Positions 11,485-20,705 of a stretch of 64,000 nt of DNA are shown piece after piece. The notes beneath the pieces are model-generated. The model was given only the letters and a program-made list of their open reading frames with translations. It was not told where the DNA came from and did no database searches. The DNA comes from an uncultured candidate division Zixibacteria bacterium. Lineage in GTDB: Bacteria > Zixibacteria > MSB-5A5 > GN15 > FEB-12. Made by a program: the position numbers and the translations under genes. The DNA lies in the NCBI GenBank assembly GCA_963664195.1, contig OY760907.1:2272001-2336000 (forward strand). Reading direction: 5' to 3'. Numbering within the stretch: the first letter of the stretch is position 1; each line of letters starts with the position of its first letter.

Positions 11485-11576
11485 GTAGGGCAGGTCTGTC
11501 CTCAGACCTGCCGGAAAGATCGAATCCGAAGGATTCGAGGTCCTTTGTGGCGGGTTCGAAGACGGACCCGCCCTAC
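11485..11576. repeat. GTAG-family REP doublet (REPIN-like)
   Basis: GTAGGGCAGGTC-TGTCCTCA-GACCTGCC, an internal TCGAATCC-GAA-GGATTCGA hairpin, and an inverted copy GGCGGGTTCGAAGACGGACCCGCCCTAC. Confidence 0.7.
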
Positions 11577-11615
11577 AGGATTTCCGTTCGGTGGTTGCTC
11601 CCTCAACATTCCCCT

Positions 11616-11643
11616 TTGACACTGAACCCACGTTCCGTATGTT
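11616..11643 (+). promoter_or_regulatory. Sigma70-type promoter, probably giving a leaderless mRNA
   Basis: TTGACA-N16-TATGTT followed by 6 nt and then the ATG at 11650; no RBS. Confidence 0.55.
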
Positions 11644-11649
11644 CTCGCC

Positions 11650-12558
11650 ATGAACAACCCGACTGCCTCAAGCCGGTTCAGTCCGCTGCTCATATTGATA
11701 TTCGGCGCTGTTTGTATCAGCTATGCGCCGATATTCGTCAAGTGGGTGGGAGAGGCGCGTCTCGGTCCTACTGCGATGGGATTCTGGCGAACGCTGTTTG
11801 GAGCCGCTGCGCTGTTTCTGATCGCGGTTGTTCGTCGTGATAGTCTGAAAATGAACCTGCGGCAGTTCAGATTTGCAATCATCGCCGGGTTTATTTTCTT
11901 TCTCGATCTGTTCGTCTGGCATCGTTCGGTGATTTTTTGTGGTGCCGGCATGTCGACTATTCTCGGCAACACTCAGGTATTTGCGACCGCGCTGTTCAGC
12001 TTCATCGTATTCAAAGAGAAACTGACGGTCAGGTATTTTATCTCGGCTGTGAGCGCGATGGGCGGTGTAGTACTGCTGGTAGGCGTGCTGTCTCACGACG
12101 TGGAATTCACCAACCGTTACGTAGAAGGAGTTGTCTTTGGGCTAGCCACCGGATTGGCATACGGCAGCTATCTTCTGACGATCAAACAGGCGGGCCGCAA
12201 GGGGGAGTTGACGAATATTGTCACGTTTATGGCCTGGACATCGCTGACGTCAGCGTTTTTCCTCGGCGTTGCGGCTTTTATCGAGTCGGGGCCGGTGCTG
12301 CCGCCTGATCTGGAGTCGCTCGGGTATTTGGTGACGCTTGGGGTCGTTGCGCAGGCTCTCGGATGGTGGGCGATTACGAATGCGCTCAAGAAAATCGATG
12401 CTTCCCGCGCGGGTTTAATTCTGCTGCTTCAGCCGACCCTGGCGATGGTCTGGGGGATTGTTTATTTCAGCGAACAGTTTACTCCGGTGCAGTTTGTGGG
12501 GGCAGTCATTACAATTACGGCCATTTATTTTGGCGGGTTGAGGCACGCGGGGAAGTAG
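11650..12558 (+). CDS. DMT/EamA family transporter
   Basis: 302 aa, about 10 hydrophobic helices in two EamA halves (FWRTLFG, FIVFKEKLT, LLQPTLA, FSEQFT). Confidence 0.9.
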   Translation: MNNPTASSRFSPLLILIFGAVCISYAPIFVKWVGEARLGPTAMGFWRTLFGAAALFLIAVVRRDSLKMNLRQFRFAIIAGFIFFLDLFVWHRSVIFCGAGMSTILGNTQVFATALFSFIVFKEKLTVRYFISAVSAMGGVVLLVGVLSHDVEFTNRYVEGVVFGLATGLAYGSYLLTIKQAGRKGELTNIVTFMAWTSLTSAFFLGVAAFIESGPVLPPDLESLGYLVTLGVVAQALGWWAITNALKKIDASRAGLILLLQPTLAMVWGIVYFSEQFTPVQFVGAVITITAIYFGGLRHAGK

Positions 12559-12578
12559 CTGAGAGTCCTATCTTCTCA

Positions 12579-12706
12579 GGTGCCACCCTCAAGGCTTCCT
12601 TGAGGGTGATTCCCGGGGACACTGATAGTCGCACCTAAGAAGACACCCTCAAACTCCGAACGAGACCTGCAACCGTGAGCTCTTCAAGCCGTTTGAGGGT
12701 GGCACC
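12579..12706. repeat. Palindromic REP-like doublet (GGTGCCACCCTCAA family)
   Basis: Terminal 14-bp inverted repeat GGTGCCACCCTCAA/TTGAGGGTGGCACC enclosing two CACCCTCAA...TTGAGGGTG hairpins. Confidence 0.65.
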
Positions 12707-12722
12707 CACGTCGAGAGAAAGG

Positions 12723-12754
12723 CCCCCTCTTGGGAGGGGATTCAGGGGCGTGTT
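12723..12754. repeat. CCCCTC-N4-GAGGGG short palindromic intergenic element
   Basis: CCCCTCTTGGGAGGGGATTCAGGGGCGTGTT; resembles a dispersed repeat type of FCB-group genomes; only one copy in this window. Confidence 0.4.
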
Positions 12755-12872
12755 TCTTTTCTTAATTCTCGACATACGGAATTCGAATAATCTCCCCGTT
12801 ACAGCGTAAGCTCTGCAACAACGTTTGACCACGTTGCTCTGTGTTCACGCAGGACACAGCTTCCTTCTCATG

Positions 12873-12902
12873 CAAAAACGGCCCCTCGCAGGGCCGTTTT
12901 TG
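12873..12902. terminator. Bidirectional intrinsic terminator downstream of rocD
   Basis: CAAAAACGGCCC-CTCGCA-GGGCCGTTTTTG. Confidence 0.8.
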
Positions 12903-12924
12903 AATCGTCGTATGGTCAATCGAC

Positions 12925-14208
12925 TTAGCCAACCAAGACCTTCTCAAGACGCTCGACGAGGTAATCGATCTCTTCGTCGTTGATAACCAGCGGCGGGGAG
13001 ATGCGGATCGTGTGGCCATGGCTGTCGTTAGCCAGCACGCCCAGTTCCAGCAGCTTCCGGCAGTAGACCATGGCATCGCCGTTTTTGACTTCGATACCGA
13101 TAAAGAGACCCTGTCCTCGGACTTCTTTCACCTTGTCCGAGCGGCTGCAAACATCCTCAATCTTTTTCTTGAGGATCGCACCCATCCTGGCGGCGCGACC
13201 AGGGAGGTCATCGTTGACGAGCACGTCGATAGCGGCGCAGCCTGCCACACAAGCAAGCGGGAAACCACCGAATGTGGAACCGTCGCGACCGGGGTAAAAT
13301 ACCATGTCCATCAGCTTGGAGTTGGTTACGAGGACTGACAGCGGGGCCAGACCGCCGGAGATCGCCTTACCGAGGATCAGGGCATCCGGAACCACATTCA
13401 AGTGCTCGAAACAGAACATCTTGCCGGTGCGACCGAGGCCGACCTGGATTTCATCGAAAATCAACAGGATGTCTTCTTTGTCGCAGATCTCGCGGAGACC
13501 GCCAAGGAAGTTTTCCTTCGGGATGTACATGCCGCCCTCACCCTGCATCGGCTCAACCAAGATGCCGCAGGTGTTCGGAGTGATGGCGTCTTTGATAGCA
13601 TCGACATTGCCATATTCCACACATTTGAAGCCCGGAGTGAGGGGGCCGAAGCCTTCTTTGTACTTTTCGGTGGAGGAGAAGGAAATAACAGTGATCGTGC
13701 GGCCATGGAAGTTGTTGCCGCAAACGATGATTTCCTGATCGCCGTCTTTGATCTTCTTGGCCTGGTGACCATAGGAACGGGCCAGCTTAATGGCGGTTTC
13801 GACAGATTCCACGCCGCCGTTTTTCGGCAGGGTCTTGTTGCCGTTGGCGCCGAAACGGGTGCCAAGCTGCGGAACCAGCGTTGAGACCTTCTTCAGCATC
13901 AGAGCCAGGGAATCTGTGTAAACGACGTTAGAGATCACCGAACCGTACTGACCGTCGAGAGCGTCTTTGAGGGCCTTGACGATTTTCGGATTGTGGTGCC
14001 CCTGGTTGGCTGCGGAGTAGGCCGCGAGGCAGTCCAGGTACTTGTTGCCGTCTTCGGTGTACAGCCAGCAGCCCTCAGTGCGGCGAACGACCAGTTCCAG
14101 TCTGCCGTAATGATGGGCGCCGTATGTGGATTCGGTTTCAAGAATCTCTTTGTCCTGAATTGTGGAGAAGCCCAGGGTGGCTTTTTTTTCTGTTGTAATA
14201 TCAGTCAT
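12925..14208 (-). CDS. rocD: Ornithine aminotransferase (class III PLP aminotransferase)
   Basis: DCLAAYSAANQGH, FHGRT, EPMQGEGG, DEIQVGLGRTG, GKAISGG, STFGG motifs; ATG 14208 with GAGGG RBS. Confidence 0.85.
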   Translation of the reverse strand: MTDITTEKKATLGFSTIQDKEILETESTYGAHHYGRLELVVRRTEGCWLYTEDGNKYLDCLAAYSAANQGHHNPKIVKALKDALDGQYGSVISNVVYTDSLALMLKKVSTLVPQLGTRFGANGNKTLPKNGGVESVETAIKLARSYGHQAKKIKDGDQEIIVCGNNFHGRTITVISFSSTEKYKEGFGPLTPGFKCVEYGNVDAIKDAITPNTCGILVEPMQGEGGMYIPKENFLGGLREICDKEDILLIFDEIQVGLGRTGKMFCFEHLNVVPDALILGKAISGGLAPLSVLVTNSKLMDMVFYPGRDGSTFGGFPLACVAGCAAIDVLVNDDLPGRAARMGAILKKKIEDVCSRSDKVKEVRGQGLFIGIEVKNGDAMVYCRKLLELGVLANDSHGHTIRISPPLVINDEEIDYLVERLEKVLVG

Positions 14209-14445
14209 GATGTTACCCTCGTCAAAATGTCTAGAATAGTGCCCCACATCAACGTGGGCAGCCAGATATGATAACACTTTAAATTTAAAACTCAAGACCC
14301 CGCGAGGAAGCTAAGTGCGTATTTTGCAGATATTTTCGGTAATTGCTGTGCTCTGTTTGGAAACTGCACAAGGAATGTCTCGATTGGTCGCTCCGAGGAC
14401 GGTATTCTCTGGTCCATCGGCACCGATTTTCGTAGATTGGTTTCC

Positions 14446-15414
14446 ATGGACCGGATCGATAACCCGACGATCAAGCGACTGGCCCGTGAGGTCGGATTCG
14501 ACCTCTGTGGCGTAACGTTACCCGGTACGCCCCCCGAGGCAACCGACCGATACTGGCGATGGCTGGACAGGGGATACCACGGCGAAATGAGTTATCTCGC
14601 AAACGATCCGGCCCGTCGTTGTGACCCAACCCGGCTCATGCCGGAGGTTCGATCGGTCATTGTGCTCGGGTTGAACTACTACCAGGCCAATTCCGACGGT
14701 CCGCCGCCTGGGGGGCACGGGCGAGTGTCTCGGTATGCCCGTGGCCGGGACTATCACAAAGTGATCGAACGACTTGCGAAGCAATTGGTGGAGCGTATCA
14801 CGGTAGCTACGGAGCGGACCGAGGCTGCTTTCAAGTGGTTTGTCGATTACGGTCCTCTGTTGGAACGAGCGTACGCGGCAAAGGCGGGACTGGGGTTCAT
14901 CGGCAAGAACTCCGTGCTGATCAATCGTACGTACGGCTCCTGGCTGTTTCTGGCGGAGATCCTGACCTCGCTCGAGATTGAACCGGATGATGGGACTGCT
15001 GTTGACCACGGAGATTGCGCCGAATGCACGCTGTGTATCGACTCTTGTCCGACCGGGGCAATAGTGGCCGAGAAGACAATTGACTCGACGAAGTGTCTGT
15101 CGTATCTGACCGTAGAACGGCCGGGCGAAATCGGCGACGAGTCCGCTAGCCGGATGGGGAGTAACGTTTTCGGGTGCGATATCTGCCAGGAGGTCTGCCC
15201 GCTCAATTGCAAGGCAATCGCCACGGTCCACGGAGATCTGCTTCCGGAGGCCGGAGTGGGGGAGTTTGTTGACGCGCGCCGGGTTGTGTCAATGTCTACG
15301 AGGGAGCAGTTTCTTGAGTTGACCGCCGGAACTCCACTGACCCGGCCAAAGCTGGAGGGGCTTCGTCGATGCGCAGAAATCGTGCTGGAGAATGAGGGGC
15401 GGGATCGTGATTAG
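14446..15414 (+). CDS. queG: Epoxyqueuosine reductase
   Basis: SRYARGRDYH, VDYGPLLERAYA..AGLGFIGKN, GSWLFL, and ferredoxin motifs CAECTLCIDSCP and GCDICQEVCP. Confidence 0.95.
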   Translation: MDRIDNPTIKRLAREVGFDLCGVTLPGTPPEATDRYWRWLDRGYHGEMSYLANDPARRCDPTRLMPEVRSVIVLGLNYYQANSDGPPPGGHGRVSRYARGRDYHKVIERLAKQLVERITVATERTEAAFKWFVDYGPLLERAYAAKAGLGFIGKNSVLINRTYGSWLFLAEILTSLEIEPDDGTAVDHGDCAECTLCIDSCPTGAIVAEKTIDSTKCLSYLTVERPGEIGDESASRMGSNVFGCDICQEVCPLNCKAIATVHGDLLPEAGVGEFVDARRVVSMSTREQFLELTAGTPLTRPKLEGLRRCAEIVLENEGRDRD

Positions 15415-15424
15415 TGAGGCTCTT

Positions 15425-15540
15425 GTAGGCCGGACCCAAATAGACGTGCTTGCCCGCATATCTTCGTTTACGAAGCGGTCCTGCCATCGTCGCCGAAGGC
15501 GACACTCTTTCTGGCAGGTCTGAAGACAGACCTGCCCTGC
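15425..15540. repeat. Second GTAG-family REP doublet
   Basis: The reverse complement of 15513-15540 (GCAGGGCAGGTCTGTCTTCAGACCTGCC) matches the 11485 REP at 26 of 28 nt; degenerate left unit GTAGGCCGGACC...GGTCCTGCC. Confidence 0.7.
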
Positions 15541-15687
15541 GAAGGCCACTATGTCAGGAAGCAGTCAGGCGTCCCCGTCTGACTGCACGCAGTTGGCAGA
15601 CTCTCAGTGCGACTTCACGTCGAAAAACGAGACCCGCCGCGCGGGTTTTCCGTTGCTTTGGGCGGGAAAATGCATCATTTTGGCGGC

Positions 15688-16338
15688 ATGCCAAACTTGT
15701 CACCCTCGATTCTTGGGGCTGATTTCTCCCGACTGGGAGAGGAAATAGCCAGCGCAGAAGAAGCCGGCGTGTCGTACTTTCATCTCGACATCATGGACGG
15801 CCATTTTGTGCCGAATATCTCGTACGGTCCAGCAGTCGTCAAGACTATCGACCGTCTCACCGATCGGTTTCTCGACGTGCACCTGATGATCTCCGAGCCG
15901 GAGAGGTATTTCGATGATTTCGTGAAAGCCGGTGCCGATGCTATCACGTTCCATTTGGAGGCCCGCCCGGAGCCGATTAAATATGCCAAAGAGATCAAGG
16001 CGTTTGGTGTCGAGGCCGGGATTTCGATCAATCCGGATATGCCGGTGGAGAAGGTCCTGCCGTTTCTTGAGCATTTCGACTGGCTGTTGATCATGTCAGT
16101 ATTTCCGGGGTTTGGAGGCCAGAAATTCATTGTTGAATGTCTGGACAAGGTCAAGGCTGCCCGCAAGTACTTACAGGACAATGGACTCAGCACAAAGATT
16201 GCAATCGACGGCGGCGTTGACGCCTCGAACTACGCCGAAGTAGTCGATGCCGGGGCAGATTTGCTGGTGATGGGGACGGCGTTTTTTGGTGCGACGGATC
16301 GTGCCGCCTTAGTCAAGAAAATAGACGGACAAGCCTGA
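15688..16338 (+). CDS. rpe: Ribulose-phosphate 3-epimerase
   Basis: SPSIL.ADF, HLDIMDGHFVPN, DVHLM, MSVFPGFGGQKF, IDGG motifs. Confidence 0.97.
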   Translation: MPNLSPSILGADFSRLGEEIASAEEAGVSYFHLDIMDGHFVPNISYGPAVVKTIDRLTDRFLDVHLMISEPERYFDDFVKAGADAITFHLEARPEPIKYAKEIKAFGVEAGISINPDMPVEKVLPFLEHFDWLLIMSVFPGFGGQKFIVECLDKVKAARKYLQDNGLSTKIAIDGGVDASNYAEVVDAGADLLVMGTAFFGATDRAALVKKIDGQA

Positions 16339-16358
16339 ACATAAAGTGAGGGGCTGAT

Positions 16359-18083
16359 ATGAAACAGGGATCGTTGCAGGTCAAAACAGGCAAGATTGAT
16401 GACGCCTACACGAAGGCACTCAAGAAGGCTACCAAAGCTGCGGTAATTCAGAACATTATGCAGCGTAAGCCGGCGGTATTCACCAAGTCGGCGAAAACCA
16501 GAAAACTGATCGCGAATCGCCTGGGGTGGGTGGATTCTGCCGTGAAAATGAAGCGGCAAGTCGGCGCTATTGAGAAGTTCGGCCAATCGGTGATCAAGTC
16601 CGGCATCGAGCACGTGGTGTTGATGGGAATGGGGGGATCTTCTCTGTGCCCCGACCTGATCGGCAAAATGCACCGCAACCGTGCCGGTTTGAAGTCATTC
16701 AACGTAATAGACTCCACTGATCCGGCGGCGGTAAGAGCGGTGGCGCGTAAGATTGAGCCGAAGAAAACGTTGTTCATCGTGGCTTCCAAATCCGGCGGCA
16801 CGGTGGAGACGCGTTCGCACGAGGCATTTTTTACCGGTTTGCTCAAAGAAAGCAACGTGAGAAATATCGGGCGGCATTTTGTTGCTATCACGGATCCGGG
16901 CAGCGGCCTTCAGAAGAATGCAAGGAGGCGCAAATATCGGAAGGCGTTTCTGAACCCTCCGGATATCGGCGGTCGATATTCCGCGCTGTCGTATTTTGGT
17001 CTGGTGCCGGCCTATTTCGCCGGGGCTGACATACGGGCGATAGTCGAGGATGCGGTTGCGTTCCAGAAACTGCTCAATGAGCGCGAAGGCGAAACCAATC
17101 CCGCATTGGTCCTTGGAACACTGATAGCGATAGCGGCAAAGGAAGGCCTTGACAAATTGACCTTTGTCGCCTCGAAGAAGACCGCGCCCCTGGTCCCGTG
17201 GATTGAACAGCTAGTCGCCGAATCGACCGGCAAGTCCGGCAAGGGCGTGGTGCCTGTTGACAACGAACCTCTCGGAAAGATCGAACAGTACAAGAAGGAC
17301 CGCCTGTTTGTTTTTCTGAAGATGACTGGGGAGAAGACCCCGGCCGAAGACCGTTTCAGAAAGTCCTTCGGCAGAAAGAAAACTTCCGTTGTCGATATAG
17401 AGTTTGGATCGAAGGCAGAGCTTGGTCGTCAGTTCCTGCTGTGGGAAGCTGCGACCGCAGTGGCCGGGTATCATCTCGGGATCAACCCGTTCGACGAGCC
17501 AAATGTCACCGAGAGCAAGAAGAACACCAATGCGATTTTGGCAGCGTTTGAGCGCTCAGGTGCGTTTCCGGATCAAGAGCCGCAGAAGAAGTGGGGCAAG
17601 CTGTCTCTGGTCGGATACGACAACGCACGGAAATACTCCCGCGCGCAAATGAACGATATCAGCACGTTCGTGAAGCGATTCCTTCAAGGGGGCAAACCGC
17701 CGAAGTATATTGCTATGTTGAACTACTTCAAGACGGACAGTCGCACCGAGGAAGCGCTAGAAAAGGCACGCAGACTAGTGCGTGACAAAACCGGCATGGC
17801 GACCCTTCGCGGGTACGGTCCCCGGTTCCTGCACTCCATAGGACAATTGTACAAGGGCGGTCCTCGCGACGGCATGTTTGTCGTGTTCGTGAAATCGAAC
17901 TACGGTCGTTTGGCTATCCCGGGACAGTTCTTTGACTTCGGTCAGCTTATCGCCGCACAGGCAATCGGTGATTCGCAGGCCCTGATGAACAGAGATTTGC
18001 CAACGTTGGTCATCGCTATCGACGGTAACCCCGCCGATGGTCTCGATGCATTTGTCTCGGCGGTTCGCCGGGCGCTCAAGTAA
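16359..18083 (+). CDS. pgi: Glucose-6-phosphate isomerase (type found in Tal/Pgi fusions, here without transaldolase)
   Basis: GMGGSSL, SKSGGTVET, IGGRYSALS, EQLVAESTGK, NPFDEPNV.ESK, GYGPRFLHS.GQL.KGGP. Confidence 0.88.
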   Translation: MKQGSLQVKTGKIDDAYTKALKKATKAAVIQNIMQRKPAVFTKSAKTRKLIANRLGWVDSAVKMKRQVGAIEKFGQSVIKSGIEHVVLMGMGGSSLCPDLIGKMHRNRAGLKSFNVIDSTDPAAVRAVARKIEPKKTLFIVASKSGGTVETRSHEAFFTGLLKESNVRNIGRHFVAITDPGSGLQKNARRRKYRKAFLNPPDIGGRYSALSYFGLVPAYFAGADIRAIVEDAVAFQKLLNEREGETNPALVLGTLIAIAAKEGLDKLTFVASKKTAPLVPWIEQLVAESTGKSGKGVVPVDNEPLGKIEQYKKDRLFVFLKMTGEKTPAEDRFRKSFGRKKTSVVDIEFGSKAELGRQFLLWEAATAVAGYHLGINPFDEPNVTESKKNTNAILAAFERSGAFPDQEPQKKWGKLSLVGYDNARKYSRAQMNDISTFVKRFLQGGKPPKYIAMLNYFKTDSRTEEALEKARRLVRDKTGMATLRGYGPRFLHSIGQLYKGGPRDGMFVVFVKSNYGRLAIPGQFFDFGQLIAAQAIGDSQALMNRDLPTLVIAIDGNPADGLDAFVSAVRRALK

Positions 18084-18102
18084 GGAAGGATAGGTATTGC
18101 CG

Positions 18103-20031
18103 ATGTTCGATGAATGGCGTGGATTCGCAGCACCGACACTCGCTCCGGAGTGGCACAAGAAACTGACAGAAATGGCGGCCAAGTCCCGTGCGGATATTCT
18201 CCGGATGACGACAGTCGCTGGTTCCGGGCACCCGGGCGGCTCAATGTCTTCGATTGAGGTTTTTCTGACCTTGTACAATCTGGCTAACGTTGACCCGACC
18301 GATCCGATGCGGGACGACCGCGACCGGATCATCGTTTCCCACGGTCACACCTCGCCGGGTGTGTATTCCGCCCTGGCAAGTGCCGGTTTTTTTGATATCG
18401 GTCACGCGCTGCATGGGTTCCGTCAGGCAGGATCGCCTTTTGAAGGCCATGTTGAACGCTGCGTTCCCGGAGTTGAATGGGATACCGGCAATCTCGGTCA
18501 GGGGCTTTCGGCCGGTGTCGGTCGCGCTATTTATGCCCGCTTGAAAAAGCTCGATTTTCACACGTATGTCGTCATGGGCGACGGTGAACAGCAGAAGGGG
18601 CAGATCAGCGAGGCACGTCGTCATGCGTTCAAATACGGGCTGACGAATCTCACCGCCATTATCGACTACAACCGGCTGCAAATCTCCGGCGACATCAGCG
18701 AAGTCATGCCGCAGAACTTGAAAGCAGAATGGGAAGCCGACGGTTGGAGAGTGATCGAAGTTGACGCACACGATCTTGATGCACTCTACAAAGCTATCCG
18801 CGAAGCGACAACAGACAGGAAGGCTCCGGTGATGATTCTGGCCTCATCGGTGATGGGCAAGGGCGTGTCGTTCATGGAGAACGACGAGGGATTCCATGGG
18901 GCGACGGTCAAACCGGATAAACTCGGCGAAGCTCTGACCGAACTGGGCGGATTCCCGAACAACTACGAAGAGTTGATCACGCGCCGCAAAATGGGTGCGC
19001 CACCGCACTTCGACATCAAGCGGTCTGGGCGACCGAAAGTCGAACCGGGCGAGTCGATTTACTATGGCCCTGAGGACAAATCCGACAATCGCGGTGCCTG
19101 GGGAAAGGCGTTGCTTTCGGTTGCCGATGCGAACATGAATCGCGACGGGTTCACTATGGCAGTATTCGATTGCGATCTTGCCGGGTCGGTGAAGACGGGG
19201 GCGTTTGGCAAGAAGTATCCGGATAATTTCTTCCAGTTCGGCATTTCCGAACACGGAACGGCGGTAACCGCCGGTTCGCTTTCGGTTGAGAATGCTATTT
19301 CGATCTGGGCCGCGTTTGGCGCGTTTGGTGTGGCTGAGACCTACAATCAGGCTCGTCTGACCGATATCAACGACGGTAACATGAAGCTGTTTTGTACGCA
19401 CTCCGGTGTGAATGTCGGCGAAGACGGAAAGACGCACCAGTGCATCGATTACTTTGGCCTGCTGAACTCTACCTACGGCTGGAAGGTCATAACTCCGGCT
19501 GATCCGAACCAGACCGACCGTATTGTGCGGTATGTGCTGGCGACTCCGGGCAATTTTGCAGTGATAATGGGGCGTGCGGTGATTCCGATCGTTCTCGATG
19601 AAAACGGGAAGCCGTTCTTTGGCGAGGGATACCAGTATCGACATGGCCGGATGGAGACGATTCGCAAAGGGGAGAAGCTGGCGCTCGTGGCAGCGGGAAA
19701 TATGCTCCCATACGCGGTTGAGGCCTGGCAGAAGCTGGCCGATGAAGGAAGACGAGTCACTCTGGTGTCCGTTTCCGATTGGTGCGATTTGCACGCTGAT
19801 GATCTCAGGATGCTCGGTGAGTACGATGAGATCGTAACGCTTGAGGATCACAACATCAAGACGGGGCTTGGTACCGCTATCGGTTCTGCCATGTTTGAGG
19901 CGGGCCTGTCGGCACACTTGACGAAGCTTGGCGTGGACAAGTACGCAGGCTCCGGCAAGCCGATGGACCTGTACCAGATGCTCGGTATCGATCCTGAATC
20001 TGTGGCGAAGAAAGTGAAATCGTTGCTGTAA
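18103..20031 (+). CDS. tkt: Transketolase
   Basis: SGHPGGSMS, SHGH, GNLGQG, TPP motif GDGE...N, GEDGKTHQ, LEDHN. Confidence 0.95.
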   Translation: MFDEWRGFAAPTLAPEWHKKLTEMAAKSRADILRMTTVAGSGHPGGSMSSIEVFLTLYNLANVDPTDPMRDDRDRIIVSHGHTSPGVYSALASAGFFDIGHALHGFRQAGSPFEGHVERCVPGVEWDTGNLGQGLSAGVGRAIYARLKKLDFHTYVVMGDGEQQKGQISEARRHAFKYGLTNLTAIIDYNRLQISGDISEVMPQNLKAEWEADGWRVIEVDAHDLDALYKAIREATTDRKAPVMILASSVMGKGVSFMENDEGFHGATVKPDKLGEALTELGGFPNNYEELITRRKMGAPPHFDIKRSGRPKVEPGESIYYGPEDKSDNRGAWGKALLSVADANMNRDGFTMAVFDCDLAGSVKTGAFGKKYPDNFFQFGISEHGTAVTAGSLSVENAISIWAAFGAFGVAETYNQARLTDINDGNMKLFCTHSGVNVGEDGKTHQCIDYFGLLNSTYGWKVITPADPNQTDRIVRYVLATPGNFAVIMGRAVIPIVLDENGKPFFGEGYQYRHGRMETIRKGEKLALVAAGNMLPYAVEAWQKLADEGRRVTLVSVSDWCDLHADDLRMLGEYDEIVTLEDHNIKTGLGTAIGSAMFEAGLSAHLTKLGVDKYAGSGKPMDLYQMLGIDPESVAKKVKSLL

Positions 20032-20098
20032 AACCCGTCGTGTGTGAATACGTCGCTGGCTGGTGAGTATGCGGAGAAACGCAAAAGGAGAATTGTAC

Positions 20099-20422
20099 AT
20101 GCTTGTAACGACTACGCCTAATATCGAAGGCAAGGAAATCACGGCTTATTATGGTCTTGTTAGCGGAGAAGCTATTCTCGGCGCGAATATATTCAAAGAT
20201 ATCTTTGCTTCGATTCGTGACATTGTTGGCGGCCGGTCCCAGGCCTACGAACAGGAGCTTCAGAAGGCCAAGGATATCGCGCTCGCCGAGATGACAGCCA
20301 AAGCCCAGGCAATGGGCGCAAATGCCGTTATCGGGGTTGATCTTGATTACGAGACAATTGGAATGGGCAGCGGCAATATGTTGATGGTGAGCGCCAGCGG
20401 TACGGCTGTATCAATCAAATAG
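20099..20422 (+). CDS. ybjQ: YbjQ/UPF0145 family protein
   Basis: [56 protein letters not shown]. Confidence 0.92.
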   Translation: MLVTTTPNIEGKEITAYYGLVSGEAILGANIFKDIFASIRDIVGGRSQAYEQELQKAKDIALAEMTAKAQAMGANAVIGVDLDYETIGMGSGNMLMVSASGTAVSIK

Positions 20423-20705
20423 CCCTCTGGTTACTGAAACGGTTGAGCTTCCCTTTCGTATAAGTTAGCAGAATGCGAATTGTACGGCCGACCTTCAGTA
20501 GACGATCTGCAGAGCCAGGGGACATTTTGAAAGGAATAGCTTTTTCTGCCAGCTTCTGTCAGGTGTGTGGTTCTGTTCTGCGGCTGATTGAAGGCGATGA
20601 TGTTGATTCACACTCGACGAAAATTTTTTTCAGAATAGACGGACAATACCGATATTAATAGTGTAGACAAGAAGTCGCAATGACCGAGCTCTTTGAGGAA
20701 TACAG

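Noticed and set aside
18844..20142. Long antisense or alternate-frame ORFs (e.g. 18844-20142, 22911-23819, 25470-26315, 45350-46246, 49398-50255, 63264-63932)
   Set aside because: They overlap well-supported genes on the opposite strand and have no recognisable motifs; treated as shadow ORFs.
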